Under the pieces are notes generated by a model. The model was not told the origin of the DNA. It made no database searches and saw nothing but the letters and a program-made list of their open reading frames with translations. The translations under genes and the position numbers were made by a program. Shown here piece after piece: positions 27,935 to 35,726 of a stretch of 64,000 nucleotides of DNA (its first letter is position 1; every line of letters begins with the position of its first letter). This DNA is from Streptosporangiaceae bacterium (GTDB taxonomy: Bacteria; Actinomycetota; Actinomycetes; Streptosporangiales; Streptosporangiaceae), in assembly GCA_036510065.1 (NCBI GenBank), contig DATCEO010000112.1, positions 66,720 through 130,719 on the forward strand. Reading direction: 5' to 3'.

Positions 27935-28376
27935 GGCCAGCGCAGATGCCGACGGCCAGACTGTGTATCACGGACGTTCGTTACCGCGACGGCTATGACG
28001 ACCGCCCTGACCTGGCTGCGATGGTCAGACAGGGGGGCCGTACGGGCGGATGCGGGGGTTCAGGTCGTTGAGGCACTGCACGTTGGTCGGCGACGAGGTC
28101 GAACGCCGCCGGGTCGCTGCGGCCCAGCCGCTCGACGTATTCGCGCACTACCTGTTCAGGTGTCAATTGATATGCCCCGTCCGGCGCTGAGCTTCGGCTG
28201 GCGGTTCTGGCGGGTGTCGTTGACGACAGCTGCGCGCCGGCGTCGCCGGGATATTGCGGATTGACGTGGACGCAGCTGGCCTGCGAGGAAGGTCCACCTG
28301 GCGGAGTAAGGGCTCAGTATCCAGCAGGGACCCGGCGCCAGGGCGTGGACGACCGCAGCTGCCAGGGGACGGAGGT

Positions 28377-28868
28377 TCATGGCGTTCGCGTCTCGGCGTC
28401 GATCTCACGGCTGCGGCGCTGCGCGGTTTCGCGTGGGTCGTCGATCCGGGTGACCTGGTCGTCGGCGAGCTGGCTGTGGTGTTCGACGGTGTAGAAGCGC
28501 ACCTCGTGGCCGTCGGGGTCGTGCAGCATCGGAAGGATCCAGCCGATGCTGGCGAAATGGACGCCGCCGTGCTGGTCACCGAGGTCGGTCAGCCGCTGGG
28601 CGAGGGCCTCGATGGCTGGCTTGCCGGGCACGCCGATCGCGAAGTAGTCGAAGCCGGCGGCTGCCGCGGCCCGGCCGGGATCCAGCCGGAGCGCGAGGTC
28701 GGGACCGCCGTTCGGGTGCCGCATCGCGATGCCCATCAGGGTTCCCGCCTCGACGAACTCGACCTGGGTCTGGTAGCCGAGCCGGGTCTGGTACCAGGTG
28801 ACGGATCTGGCCAGATCCGTCACCGGAAGCTTCAGGTGGTGGACCCCGGCGAGTGCTGGTGCGGTCAT
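28377..28868 (-). CDS. VOC family protein (glyoxalase/bleomycin-resistance/dioxygenase fold)
   Basis: GVHHLKLPVTDLARSVTWYQTRLGY...DYFAIGVPG...MLHDPDGHEVRFY. Confidence 0.8.
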   Translation of the reverse strand: MTAPALAGVHHLKLPVTDLARSVTWYQTRLGYQTQVEFVEAGTLMGIAMRHPNGGPDLALRLDPGRAAAAAGFDYFAIGVPGKPAIEALAQRLTDLGDQHGGVHFASIGWILPMLHDPDGHEVRFYTVEHHSQLADDQVTRIDDPRETAQRRSREIDAETRTP

Positions 28869-28883
28869 GACACCCCTCCTGAG

Positions 28884-28914
28884 TGCAGTTCCACTGTAAT
28901 GCAGTTAGACTGCA
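28884..28914. promoter_or_regulatory. two adjacent 15-bp palindromes (TGCAGttccaCTGTA, TGCAGttagaCTGCA), candidate TetR operators
   Basis: Located in the 50-bp divergent region between the VOC and TetR genes. Read directly; function is inferred. Confidence 0.45.
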
Positions 28915-28918
28915 CTTC

Positions 28919-29590
28919 ATGGCTCGAGATGTCAACCCGCTTGCCGCAGCCCGCCGGGGCCGTCGCGTCGCAGATACCGAGAGCCGGCTGCTGCAGGCGG
29001 CCAGCCGGCTGTTCATCCGCGATGGCTATTCCGCGACGACGCTCGCGGCCGTTGCCGAGGCAGCCGGCGTCGCGCCGCGCACCGTCTACGTCCGCTTTGG
29101 GACCAAGGCGGCGCTGCTCAAGCGCGCGGTCGACGTCGCCCTGGTCGGCGACACCTCGCCCGTCGACGTCGCCGGACGGGAGTGGATGCAGCGCTCGATG
29201 ACCGCGCCCACCCTGGACGAGCGAATCGCCGCTGGCGCCCGCGGAGCCCGCGACATGATGCATCGAGTCGGCCCGCTGCTGGCCGTCGCCGCCCAGGCCG
29301 AACCCGTCGAGCCCGTCATCGCCGCCGCCGCCCAGGCCGGACGAGAAGCCACCCGCGACTCGTTGCGGCGGTTCTGGACCACGGCCGCCGCCGACGGCCT
29401 GCTCGGGCCCGGCGCCGACGTCGACTGGCTCGCCCAGACCGCCGCCCTCGTCGGCGCCGCCCAGACCTACCTGCTCGCTGCCCGCACTCTCGGCTGGGAC
29501 CCCGACGCCTACGAGCGCTGGCTGATACTCACCTGGCACCGACTCGCCGCCGCCGCAGCGTCCACCCGGACGGACCCACCGCCCGCGTAG
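28919..29590 (+). CDS. TetR/AcrR family transcriptional regulator
   Basis: HTH region LLQAASRLFIRDGYSATTLAAVAEAAGVAPRTVYVRFGTK. Start taken at ATG 28919. Confidence 0.85.
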   Translation: MARDVNPLAAARRGRRVADTESRLLQAASRLFIRDGYSATTLAAVAEAAGVAPRTVYVRFGTKAALLKRAVDVALVGDTSPVDVAGREWMQRSMTAPTLDERIAAGARGARDMMHRVGPLLAVAAQAEPVEPVIAAAAQAGREATRDSLRRFWTTAAADGLLGPGADVDWLAQTAALVGAAQTYLLAARTLGWDPDAYERWLILTWHRLAAAAASTRTDPPPA

Positions 29591-29756
29591 TCGCCTGCCA
29601 GCCCAAGACGACTCATGCTGAGGCCGCCGCCGCGCGCCTCCGGGCCCCTCAGAGAACCGTTCCGGTAGGGGATCGGTTGTGGGACGAGGACGACGGCTCG
29701 GCGCTGACCGCCAGATAGCGCTGCGAAATTACCGCCACTTACCGCTGACAGTCACA

Positions 29757-30080
29757 CACGGGCCAAGCTTGCCGAGATGGCTGGCCGCCGTGGTACGCGG
29801 GCACCAGGCCTGTTACGCGGTGCCCGGCAACAGCGACGCGGTGAACGCCTTCCGCACCCAGGTGATACGGCACTGGCGCAAGGCGCTGCGGCGCCGCAGC
29901 CAGAGAACCCGGCTCACCTGGGCCAGGATGAACCGCATCGCAGCCCGGTGGATACCCCCGACCCGCACCGTGCCCGCAGGCGCGCTTCGCCGCCCCGCAC
30001 CCAAGGTAGGAGCCCAGTGCGGTAGTTCCGCACGCCGGGATCTGCGCGGGGGGCCGCCCGCAAGGGCGGTCCCTACCGCG
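29757..30080 (+). pseudogene. group II intron reverse transcriptase fragment (right part, maturase/X region and C-terminus)
   Basis: RWLAAVVRGHQACYAVPGNSDAVNAFRTQVIRHWRKALRRRSQRTRLTWARMNRIAARW. This resumes the RT interrupted at 24830, but about 70 aa of the RT are missing and the frames do not join. Confidence 0.65.
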
Positions 30081-30468
30081 ACCCTTACTGGATCAAGCGG
30101 CGCCGCTGCGCGACGCCGGGCCCCGGCCGCGCTCGCACCGGGCGTGCGGCACCTACGGCGCCGACCCGGCGCGCCGCGTAGGGCCACACAGCATCCACTG
30201 ATCCGCCGGGCTCAATCGCCACATGGCACACCGTGCTAGGCATGGCCCGTCTTCCTCGGCGTATCAGTGTCCCGGTCACGGCCGCCCACTGGCCCGGCGA
30301 CCGCTTCCTAAGCCCAGGTGACGAGCTCGGGCGCGGAGCGTCTCAGGATCTTCGGATCCAAGAAGCCTGGCGCGCAGTGGTCATGTCGTGGATGGTCTCG
30401 CGCAGTTCACTGACGCCGAGTCTGAGATTCAGGACCCACCTCGCCGTTGGCCGCCAACTACGCCTGGC

Positions 30469-31707
30469 TTAGACCTCCGCTAGTCGCTTGGCGAGGTATC
30501 GCCGTTCGGCGTCGGTGGGCGCAAGATCAAGGGCACGTCGGTAGGCAATCTCGGCCTGCTGGTTGCGGCCGAGGCGTCGGAGTAGGTCGGCACGGGTGGC
30601 TGGCAAAAGGTGGTAGTCGGCGAGAACGCCACTCTGCTCGAGTTTCTCAACGATGAGAAGCCCGGCTTCCGGCCCGTCGGCCATCGCCACCGCAACGGCT
30701 CGATTAAGCGCGACGACAGGGGACGGAACCATCTCGGCCAAACGGCGGTAGAGGTCGGCGATCTCAGCCCAGTCGGTATCTGCCGCAGTTGGTGCGGCGG
30801 CGTGGCAGGTCGCGATCGCAGCCTGGAGCTGATAAGGACCTTGTCGCCGCAGGCGAACTGCATCGTCGAGCACGGCAGTCGCTTCGCCGATCGCGGCAAT
30901 GTCCCATAGACGGCGATCCTGGTCCTCCAGCGTCACAAGGTCACCGGCGGCATCGACCCGAGCCGGACGGCGGGCGTCGTGGAGCATCATCATGCTCAGC
31001 AGTCCGAGTGCCTCCGGCTCATCCGGCATCAGCTCGACGAGTAGGCGGCCCAGGCGGATCGCCTCTGCGCACAGGTTCTGACGCACGAGGTCAGCGCCTG
31101 CGCTCGCGCTGTAACCCTCGTTAAACAAGGCGTAGATGACGGCGAGCACAGCCATCAGCCGGTTCGGAAGCTGGTGAGCTGGCGGGACCCGGTAGGGGAC
31201 GGCAGCGTCGCGGATCTTTCCCTTTGCACGCACCAGGCGCTTGGCCATCGTCTCGGTCGGCACCATGAACGCGCGGGCGATCTCCGATGTGGTCAGACCA
31301 GCCAAGGTTCGGAGCGTCAACGCGACCTGGGCCTCGACAGGCAATGCAGGGTGGCAGCAGGTGAACATCAAACGGAGCCGATCATCTCCGATTCCGTTGT
31401 CATCGAAGCGGCTTTCCTCGTCGCCGAGCGCTGACATCGCGGCCTCCCTCAGCTTGGCGTCGCCCGCCTTCTCCCGCCGTATCCGGTCAACGGCCCGGTT
31501 CCGCGCGGTGGTCTTGAGCCATCCCGCCGGGCTGGTCGGAATGCCATCCCGGGGCCAGCGCTCGAGCGCCTTGGTAAATGCGTCCTGGGCGCACTCCTCG
31601 GCCAGATCCCACTGGCCGGTGACCCTGATCAGGTACGCGACAACGCGTCCCCACTCAGATCGGAACGCCTCGGCGACCGCCGCCTGTACGTCGGCTATAT
31701 CTCCCAT
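30469..31707 (-). CDS. ECF sigma factor with long C-terminal extension (ECF42-like)
   Basis: Region 2 ([26 protein letters not shown]), [17 protein letters not shown], region 4 ([31 protein letters not shown]), then a C-terminal extension of about 200 aa. Overlaps an upstream YCII gene by 13 nt. Confidence 0.85.
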   Translation of the reverse strand: MGDIADVQAAVAEAFRSEWGRVVAYLIRVTGQWDLAEECAQDAFTKALERWPRDGIPTSPAGWLKTTARNRAVDRIRREKAGDAKLREAAMSALGDEESRFDDNGIGDDRLRLMFTCCHPALPVEAQVALTLRTLAGLTTSEIARAFMVPTETMAKRLVRAKGKIRDAAVPYRVPPAHQLPNRLMAVLAVIYALFNEGYSASAGADLVRQNLCAEAIRLGRLLVELMPDEPEALGLLSMMMLHDARRPARVDAAGDLVTLEDQDRRLWDIAAIGEATAVLDDAVRLRRQGPYQLQAAIATCHAAAPTAADTDWAEIADLYRRLAEMVPSPVVALNRAVAVAMADGPEAGLLIVEKLEQSGVLADYHLLPATRADLLRRLGRNQQAEIAYRRALDLAPTDAERRYLAKRLAEV

Positions 31708-32030
31708 ACGGGCCTGACCTCGATAGACCCGTAACAGGCAGCGGGGATCTTCGCGGCGATCTCAATCGCTCCATCGAGGTCCTCGCAGTCAACGATGTAG
31801 AAGCCAGCAATCTGCTCCTTCGTCTCAGCGAAGGGGCCGTCGGCGATCACCATGTCCCCATCCCGAACGCGCACCGTCGTCGCGCTCGTCGTCGGGCGGA
31901 GGCGCTCACCCCCGACAAGCACCGCCCGGGCAGTCATCTCGTCCTCGAATGCGGCGAACGCCTGAGTCCTGGCAGGGTCGGTCCCCACCACCTTCGTCTC
32001 GTCGTGGCAGATCAGCAGCGCGTAACGCAT
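31695..32030 (-). CDS. YCII-related (DGPF) domain protein
   Basis: [11 protein letters not shown]...[41 protein letters not shown]. Start taken at ATG 32030. Confidence 0.8.
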   Translation of the reverse strand: MRYALLICHDETKVVGTDPARTQAFAAFEDEMTARAVLVGGERLRPTTSATTVRVRDGDMVIADGPFAETKEQIAGFYIVDCEDLDGAIEIAAKIPAACYGSIEVRPVWEI

Positions 32031-32227
32031 GGGATTGGCTCCTCCGGGCTCGGTCTCGTCCTTAAGACGAACGATGAGCCGTTCAATGGACAGCGACGCG
32101 AGCAAATCCTGGCCTTAGAACCTCAACGGGTGCCTGTTTGCTCTTCCGGTGTCCAGACGACGTGATGTCGATCGTCTCTTAGGCAGTCAGGCCACACGGG
32201 TCGGACCTCACCGAAAGGGAAAAAACG

Positions 32228-32545
32228 ATGAACGTGTATCTGCTTGTCCACCGTCACCCGGTGAACTACACCGGTACCGCCGCCACCGCTGCCGCCTGGG
32301 AAGCATGGTTCGAGGAGTTGGGGCCCAACCTCGTCGATCGCGGCAACGCCGTCTTCGATCGCACAGCCGTCGGAACCACCGGATCCGACCTCCCCCTCGG
32401 CGGCTACACGATCGTCACCGCGGAAAGCGTCGATGCAGCCATCGCTCTGGCCGAGAGCTGCCCCGTCCTGGCCGCCGGCGGTGGTGTCGAAGTCGGAACC
32501 CTCACAGCCGTGCCAGGACGCCAGCATCCCGCCCGCACGTTCTGA
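32228..32545 (+). CDS. small YCII-like protein
   Basis: 105 aa: MNVYLLVHRH...GGYTIVTAESVDAAIALAESCPVLAAGGGVEV. AAAGGGA SD. Divergent from the YCII/sigma pair. Confidence 0.55.
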   Translation: MNVYLLVHRHPVNYTGTAATAAAWEAWFEELGPNLVDRGNAVFDRTAVGTTGSDLPLGGYTIVTAESVDAAIALAESCPVLAAGGGVEVGTLTAVPGRQHPARTF

Positions 32546-32699
32546 GTTACCTCGGCAATTGCCGCATCCAGCTCGTCGTCTCCCAGGCCTCACACATCCA
32601 TACTGGCCGAGATCACGGAGCGCCGCAGCGCAGAGCGCCCGTATAGCGGGTGCTCTGGCTTTTTTCATATCAATGCAGCTCAACTGCATATCCGTTGGA

Positions 32700-33048
32700 T
32701 TTCTCGTCAGGACTACTGGCACCCCCTTCAAGACCCTGCACATCCTCAGCTACATCGACGAGACCTACCGCCGCGACATCAAGGGCATCCGCAACCTCCA
32801 GGAAGGACGGCACGCCCTCGCGCGGAAGATCTGCCACGGGAAGAAGGGTGAGCTGTATCACCGGTACGAGCGCGGCCTGGAGAACCAGCTCGGCTCCCTC
32901 GGCCTGGTGCTGAACTGCGTCACGCTGTGGACGACCGTCTACCTCGACGCCGCCGTCCGCCAGCTCAAGGCCCAGGGCTGCCCGGTCCTGGCCCCGGCGC
33001 CATCCGCGAGCTGCGTGACCCCGGCGGCCCTGACGAGGACGACGAGTA
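32700..33048 (+). pseudogene. Tn3-family transposase C-terminal fragment (internally deleted)
   Basis: TLHILSYIDETYRRDIKGIRNLQEGRHALARKICHGKKGELYHRYERGLENQLGSLGLVLNCVTLWTTVYLDAAVRQLKAQG, then in a shifted frame IRELRDPGGPDEDDE*. Confidence 0.72.
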
Positions 33049-33049
33049 A

Positions 33050-33300
33050 GCACGTTTCTGCGGCAGCCGGGCCCGCGGATGTCGATGCCGGGCCCGAGCG
33101 GGCTGTGGCCGCTGGAAGGTTGTGCTGCCGATCGGATGGCCGCCGGCGCGGAAGTACAGGTGCTGTCCGCCGCTCGCGGTGATCACGGTCAGGGTGTCCG
33201 GCCAGCCGTCGCTGTCCGGCCCGCCGGCGTGCTGCTGGCACAGCGTGTGGATTGGATGTGCTCGCGCTTCGCTGAAGCGCAGCGTTGCCGAAGTCAGCAT
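33050..33300 (-). pseudogene. bifunctional DNA primase/polymerase (prim-pol) N-terminal domain fragment
   Basis: LTVITASGGQHLYFRAGGHPIGS, then in another frame GPGIDIRGPG. Truncated at both ends. Confidence 0.45.
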
Positions 33301-33944
33301 GCGGGGGGCCGTTGCATGGCGTCGCAGCGTAGGCCGTCGAGAAGGACGGCGACGATGCGCTGGTTGTGTTCGGGTCCTCGCCCGGGGACGGGCTGGGACA
33401 GCTGAGTGATGGCGTGCAGGAGATCCTCGGCGCTGATGTCATCGCGAACCGCGCCGTCGGCCACTGCGGCGTCGAGCAGTACCGCAAGGGTGGGGCCGAG
33501 CCGCTGCAGGAAATAGCCGGGCAGCCCCTCGAACGCCGGATCGCCCGAGTGCAGCGCTGAGGCGAGTCCGCGTTTGGTCGCGAGCAGTTCGGTGAACCGG
33601 TGGATCCACTTGATGAGCGCTTCCGCCGGCTCGTGCCCGGCGATCAGGGACGGGCCCGCGTCGGCGACGGCGTCGATCCCACTTTCCACGACGGCTTTGA
33701 CCAGGTCAGAGCGCTGCGGGAAGTGCCGGTACAGCGTGCCGACTCCTACGCCGGCCAGGTCGGTGATCTCCTTCGCCGGTGCGTCCACGCCGGAGGTGGC
33801 GAAGACGGTCCTCGCGGCCTCGATCAACGCATCGACATTGCGTCGCGCGTCGGCGCGGCGCCGGCGCGGCGTCGGTTCGCCACCGCCCGGCTCCGCGGAG
33901 CCGGGCGAGGAGACTCCGGCCTGTGTCCTGTTCTGAGACACCAC
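33294..33944 (-). CDS. TetR/AcrR family transcriptional regulator
   Basis: HTH region LIEAARTVFATSGVDAPAKEITDLAGVGVGTLYRHFPQRSDL. GGAGGTG SD upstream of a GTG-GTG start (33944 or 33941). Confidence 0.85.
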   Translation of the reverse strand: MVSQNRTQAGVSSPGSAEPGGGEPTPRRRRADARRNVDALIEAARTVFATSGVDAPAKEITDLAGVGVGTLYRHFPQRSDLVKAVVESGIDAVADAGPSLIAGHEPAEALIKWIHRFTELLATKRGLASALHSGDPAFEGLPGYFLQRLGPTLAVLLDAAVADGAVRDDISAEDLLHAITQLSQPVPGRGPEHNQRIVAVLLDGLRCDAMQRPPAC

Positions 33945-33959
33945 ATCACCTCCGCTTGC

Positions 33960-34007
33960 GTAACCGGAAAAGCTTTCCGTATACTTCTGGAAAGATTTTC
34001 CGGTTAC
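33960..34007. promoter_or_regulatory. nested palindrome: perfect 12-bp arms GTAACCGGAAAA / TTTTCCGGTTAC around inner CTTTCC-N10-GGAAAG; candidate TetR operator
   Basis: Read directly in the divergent region between the TetR and aldo-keto reductase genes. Confidence 0.5.
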
Positions 34008-34056
34008 CGCAGCGTACGGCATCCACCCGGTGCCGACCACCACAGGGAGTGAACCC

Positions 34057-35076
34057 ATGCAGTACCGCACCCTCGGCCGGACCGGCATCCAGGTCACCCC
34101 CTACGCCCTGGGCACCCTGATGTTCGCCACCGTCATGGGCAATGCCCCCGAGGACTCGGCCCGCATCATCCACAAGGCGCTGGACGCCGGCATCAACTTC
34201 ATCGACACCGCCGACGCCTACGGCGACTCCGAGGACGTCGTCGGCAAGGCGTTGGAAGGGCGCCGCGACGACGTCGTGCTCGCCACCAAGTTCGGCCGCC
34301 CGACCGGCCGGGACCCCAACCACCAGGGCGCCTCACGGCGCTGGATTGTCACCGCCGTGGAGAACTCGCTGCGCCGCCTGCAGACCGACTACATCGACCT
34401 CTACCAGCTCCACCGTCCCGACCCCGGCACCGACATCGAGGAGACCCTCTCCGCGCTGACCGACCTGATCCGCAGCGGCAAGGTCCGCGCGATCGGCGCG
34501 TCGATGACCCCCGCCTCCGACATCGTCGAGGCCCAGTGGGTCGCCGAGCGGCGCGGCCTCGCGCGATTCCACACCGAGCAGCCGTGCTACTCCATCCTCA
34601 ACCGCGGCATCGAACGCGAGATCCTGCCCGCCACCCAGCGCTTCGGCATGGGCGCCCTGGTCTGGGGCCCGCTCGGCCAGGGCCTGCTCACCGGCCGCGT
34701 ACGCAAGAACCAGGACAACAACCTACGGCGCGCCGGCCTGGTCCAGCATCTCAACGACGAACGCCGCCTCGACGCGGTCGAAAAGCTCATCCCCCTCGCC
34801 GCCGAGGCAGGACTGCCCATGACCCACCTCGCGATGGCGTTCACCATCGCCCACCCTGGCGTCACCAGCGCACTGATCGGCGTCCGCACCATGGACCACC
34901 TCGACGGCCTGCTCGCCGGCCTGGACGTCACCCTCACCGACGACGTCCTCGACCGCATCGATGAGATCGTCCCGCCCGGCACCGACGTCGGCACCCTCGA
35001 CCAGGCCTACCAGCCCCCAGCCCTGGCAAACCCGGGCCTGCGTCGCCGCCTCCCGGCCGAACGCGCCGCAGCCTGA
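34057..35076 (+). CDS. aldo/keto reductase
   Basis: MQYRTLGRTGIQVTPYALGT, INFIDTADAYG, IDLYQLHRPD, GKVRAIGAS. Confidence 0.9.
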   Translation: MQYRTLGRTGIQVTPYALGTLMFATVMGNAPEDSARIIHKALDAGINFIDTADAYGDSEDVVGKALEGRRDDVVLATKFGRPTGRDPNHQGASRRWIVTAVENSLRRLQTDYIDLYQLHRPDPGTDIEETLSALTDLIRSGKVRAIGASMTPASDIVEAQWVAERRGLARFHTEQPCYSILNRGIEREILPATQRFGMGALVWGPLGQGLLTGRVRKNQDNNLRRAGLVQHLNDERRLDAVEKLIPLAAEAGLPMTHLAMAFTIAHPGVTSALIGVRTMDHLDGLLAGLDVTLTDDVLDRIDEIVPPGTDVGTLDQAYQPPALANPGLRRRLPAERAAA

Positions 35077-35231
35077 CCTCAGCTCCCGCGCATCACACCA
35101 GAAAGGTTCCGTCACCAGCGACATCACCGGAAAACGACGGCCGGGACGTCTCGCCCCCGGCTCGAGCGGTCGCTGACCGCCTACGTGGGGCTGCGCCCCC
35201 CCGGAAGGCCTCCCGGCATGGCTCACCCGTT

Positions 35232-35290
35232 CTCAGCGGATAACGACGCTTCCGGCACCCCGGAAGCCGGGGCGGAACTCAGCGGATAAC
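35232..35290. repeat. two perfect 13-bp direct repeats CTCAGCGGATAAC flanking a 7-bp-stem hairpin (CTTCCGG-cacc-CCGGAAG)
   Basis: Read directly at 35232-35244 and 35278-35290, with the hairpin at 35249-35266. Lies just upstream of the SD (AAGGAG) of the small gene/integrase unit. Confidence 0.8.
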
Positions 35291-35303
35291 AAGGAGCGGG
35301 GCC

Positions 35304-35726
35304 GTGGACCTGGACAAGACCTGCGCCGAGCTCGGGATTCCCGGCCCTGCCCCCTGCCCGCCCTGGTGCACGGGGAGCATGCCGACTCCGGCGCCGGGCC
35401 CCGCCGCAAGGCCGTGATCTTCCACGGGGCCAGCGCCATCGGCGGCGACATCCCGGTGGGCCGGTGAGGTGGTCACCCTTGGCCTGAACTGGGCGGAGCG
35501 CTTCGAGGACGGCAAGTGGCACCCTCCCCGGGACGAGGACGTCATCGCCTTCCTCCAGGTCGGGACGGACTACATCCCGGTCGAGGCCACTGACCGGAAC
35601 ATGGCCGGGCTGGCCGCGATCGCCCGGCTAATCTCTCCCGGCGTCGATGAGCGGCTCAGGCAGGTCCTGCAGCTGCTCTGGGAGACGCACGACGCCCGGC
35701 AGGCAGGCCAGGGCGACGGCCGGTGA
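35304..35726 (+). pseudogene. small hypothetical protein (CPPWC motif) upstream of the integrase, apparently disrupted
   Basis: A GTG at 35304 follows AAGGAG, and there is an in-frame TGA at 35412-35414. The middle reads better in another frame (EHADSGAGPRRKAVIFHGASAIGGDIPVG), implying two compensating indels. Only 35469..35726 is an uninterrupted ORF. Confidence 0.35.

Larger units (their letters stand above)
24831..29756 (-). mobile_element. Tn552/Tn5053-like (TniA-TniB-resolvase) transposon with VOC + TetR cargo
   Basis: The tips TGTGATCTTCAG... and ...CTGACAGTCACA form imperfect inverted repeats (9/12 at the tips, extending about 45 bp). It is flanked by the direct repeat CACGGGC (24824-24830 and 29757-29763). 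It interrupts the group II intron RT remnant. Confidence 0.72.

Noticed and set aside
30080-30468. Group II intron 3' RNA domains (V/VI) downstream of the RT fragment.
   Set aside because: I could not recognise a domain V hairpin with the AGC triad, or a bulged-A domain VI. There are only generic GC hairpins (for example CGCAC-cggg-CGTGCG). The intron appears truncated. A covariance-model search would be needed.
35412-35414. The in-frame TGA as a selenocysteine or programmed read-through codon.
   Set aside because: The sequence between about 35375 and 35462 reads as plausible protein only in another frame. Two indels are therefore a simpler explanation, and no SECIS-like hairpin was seen.
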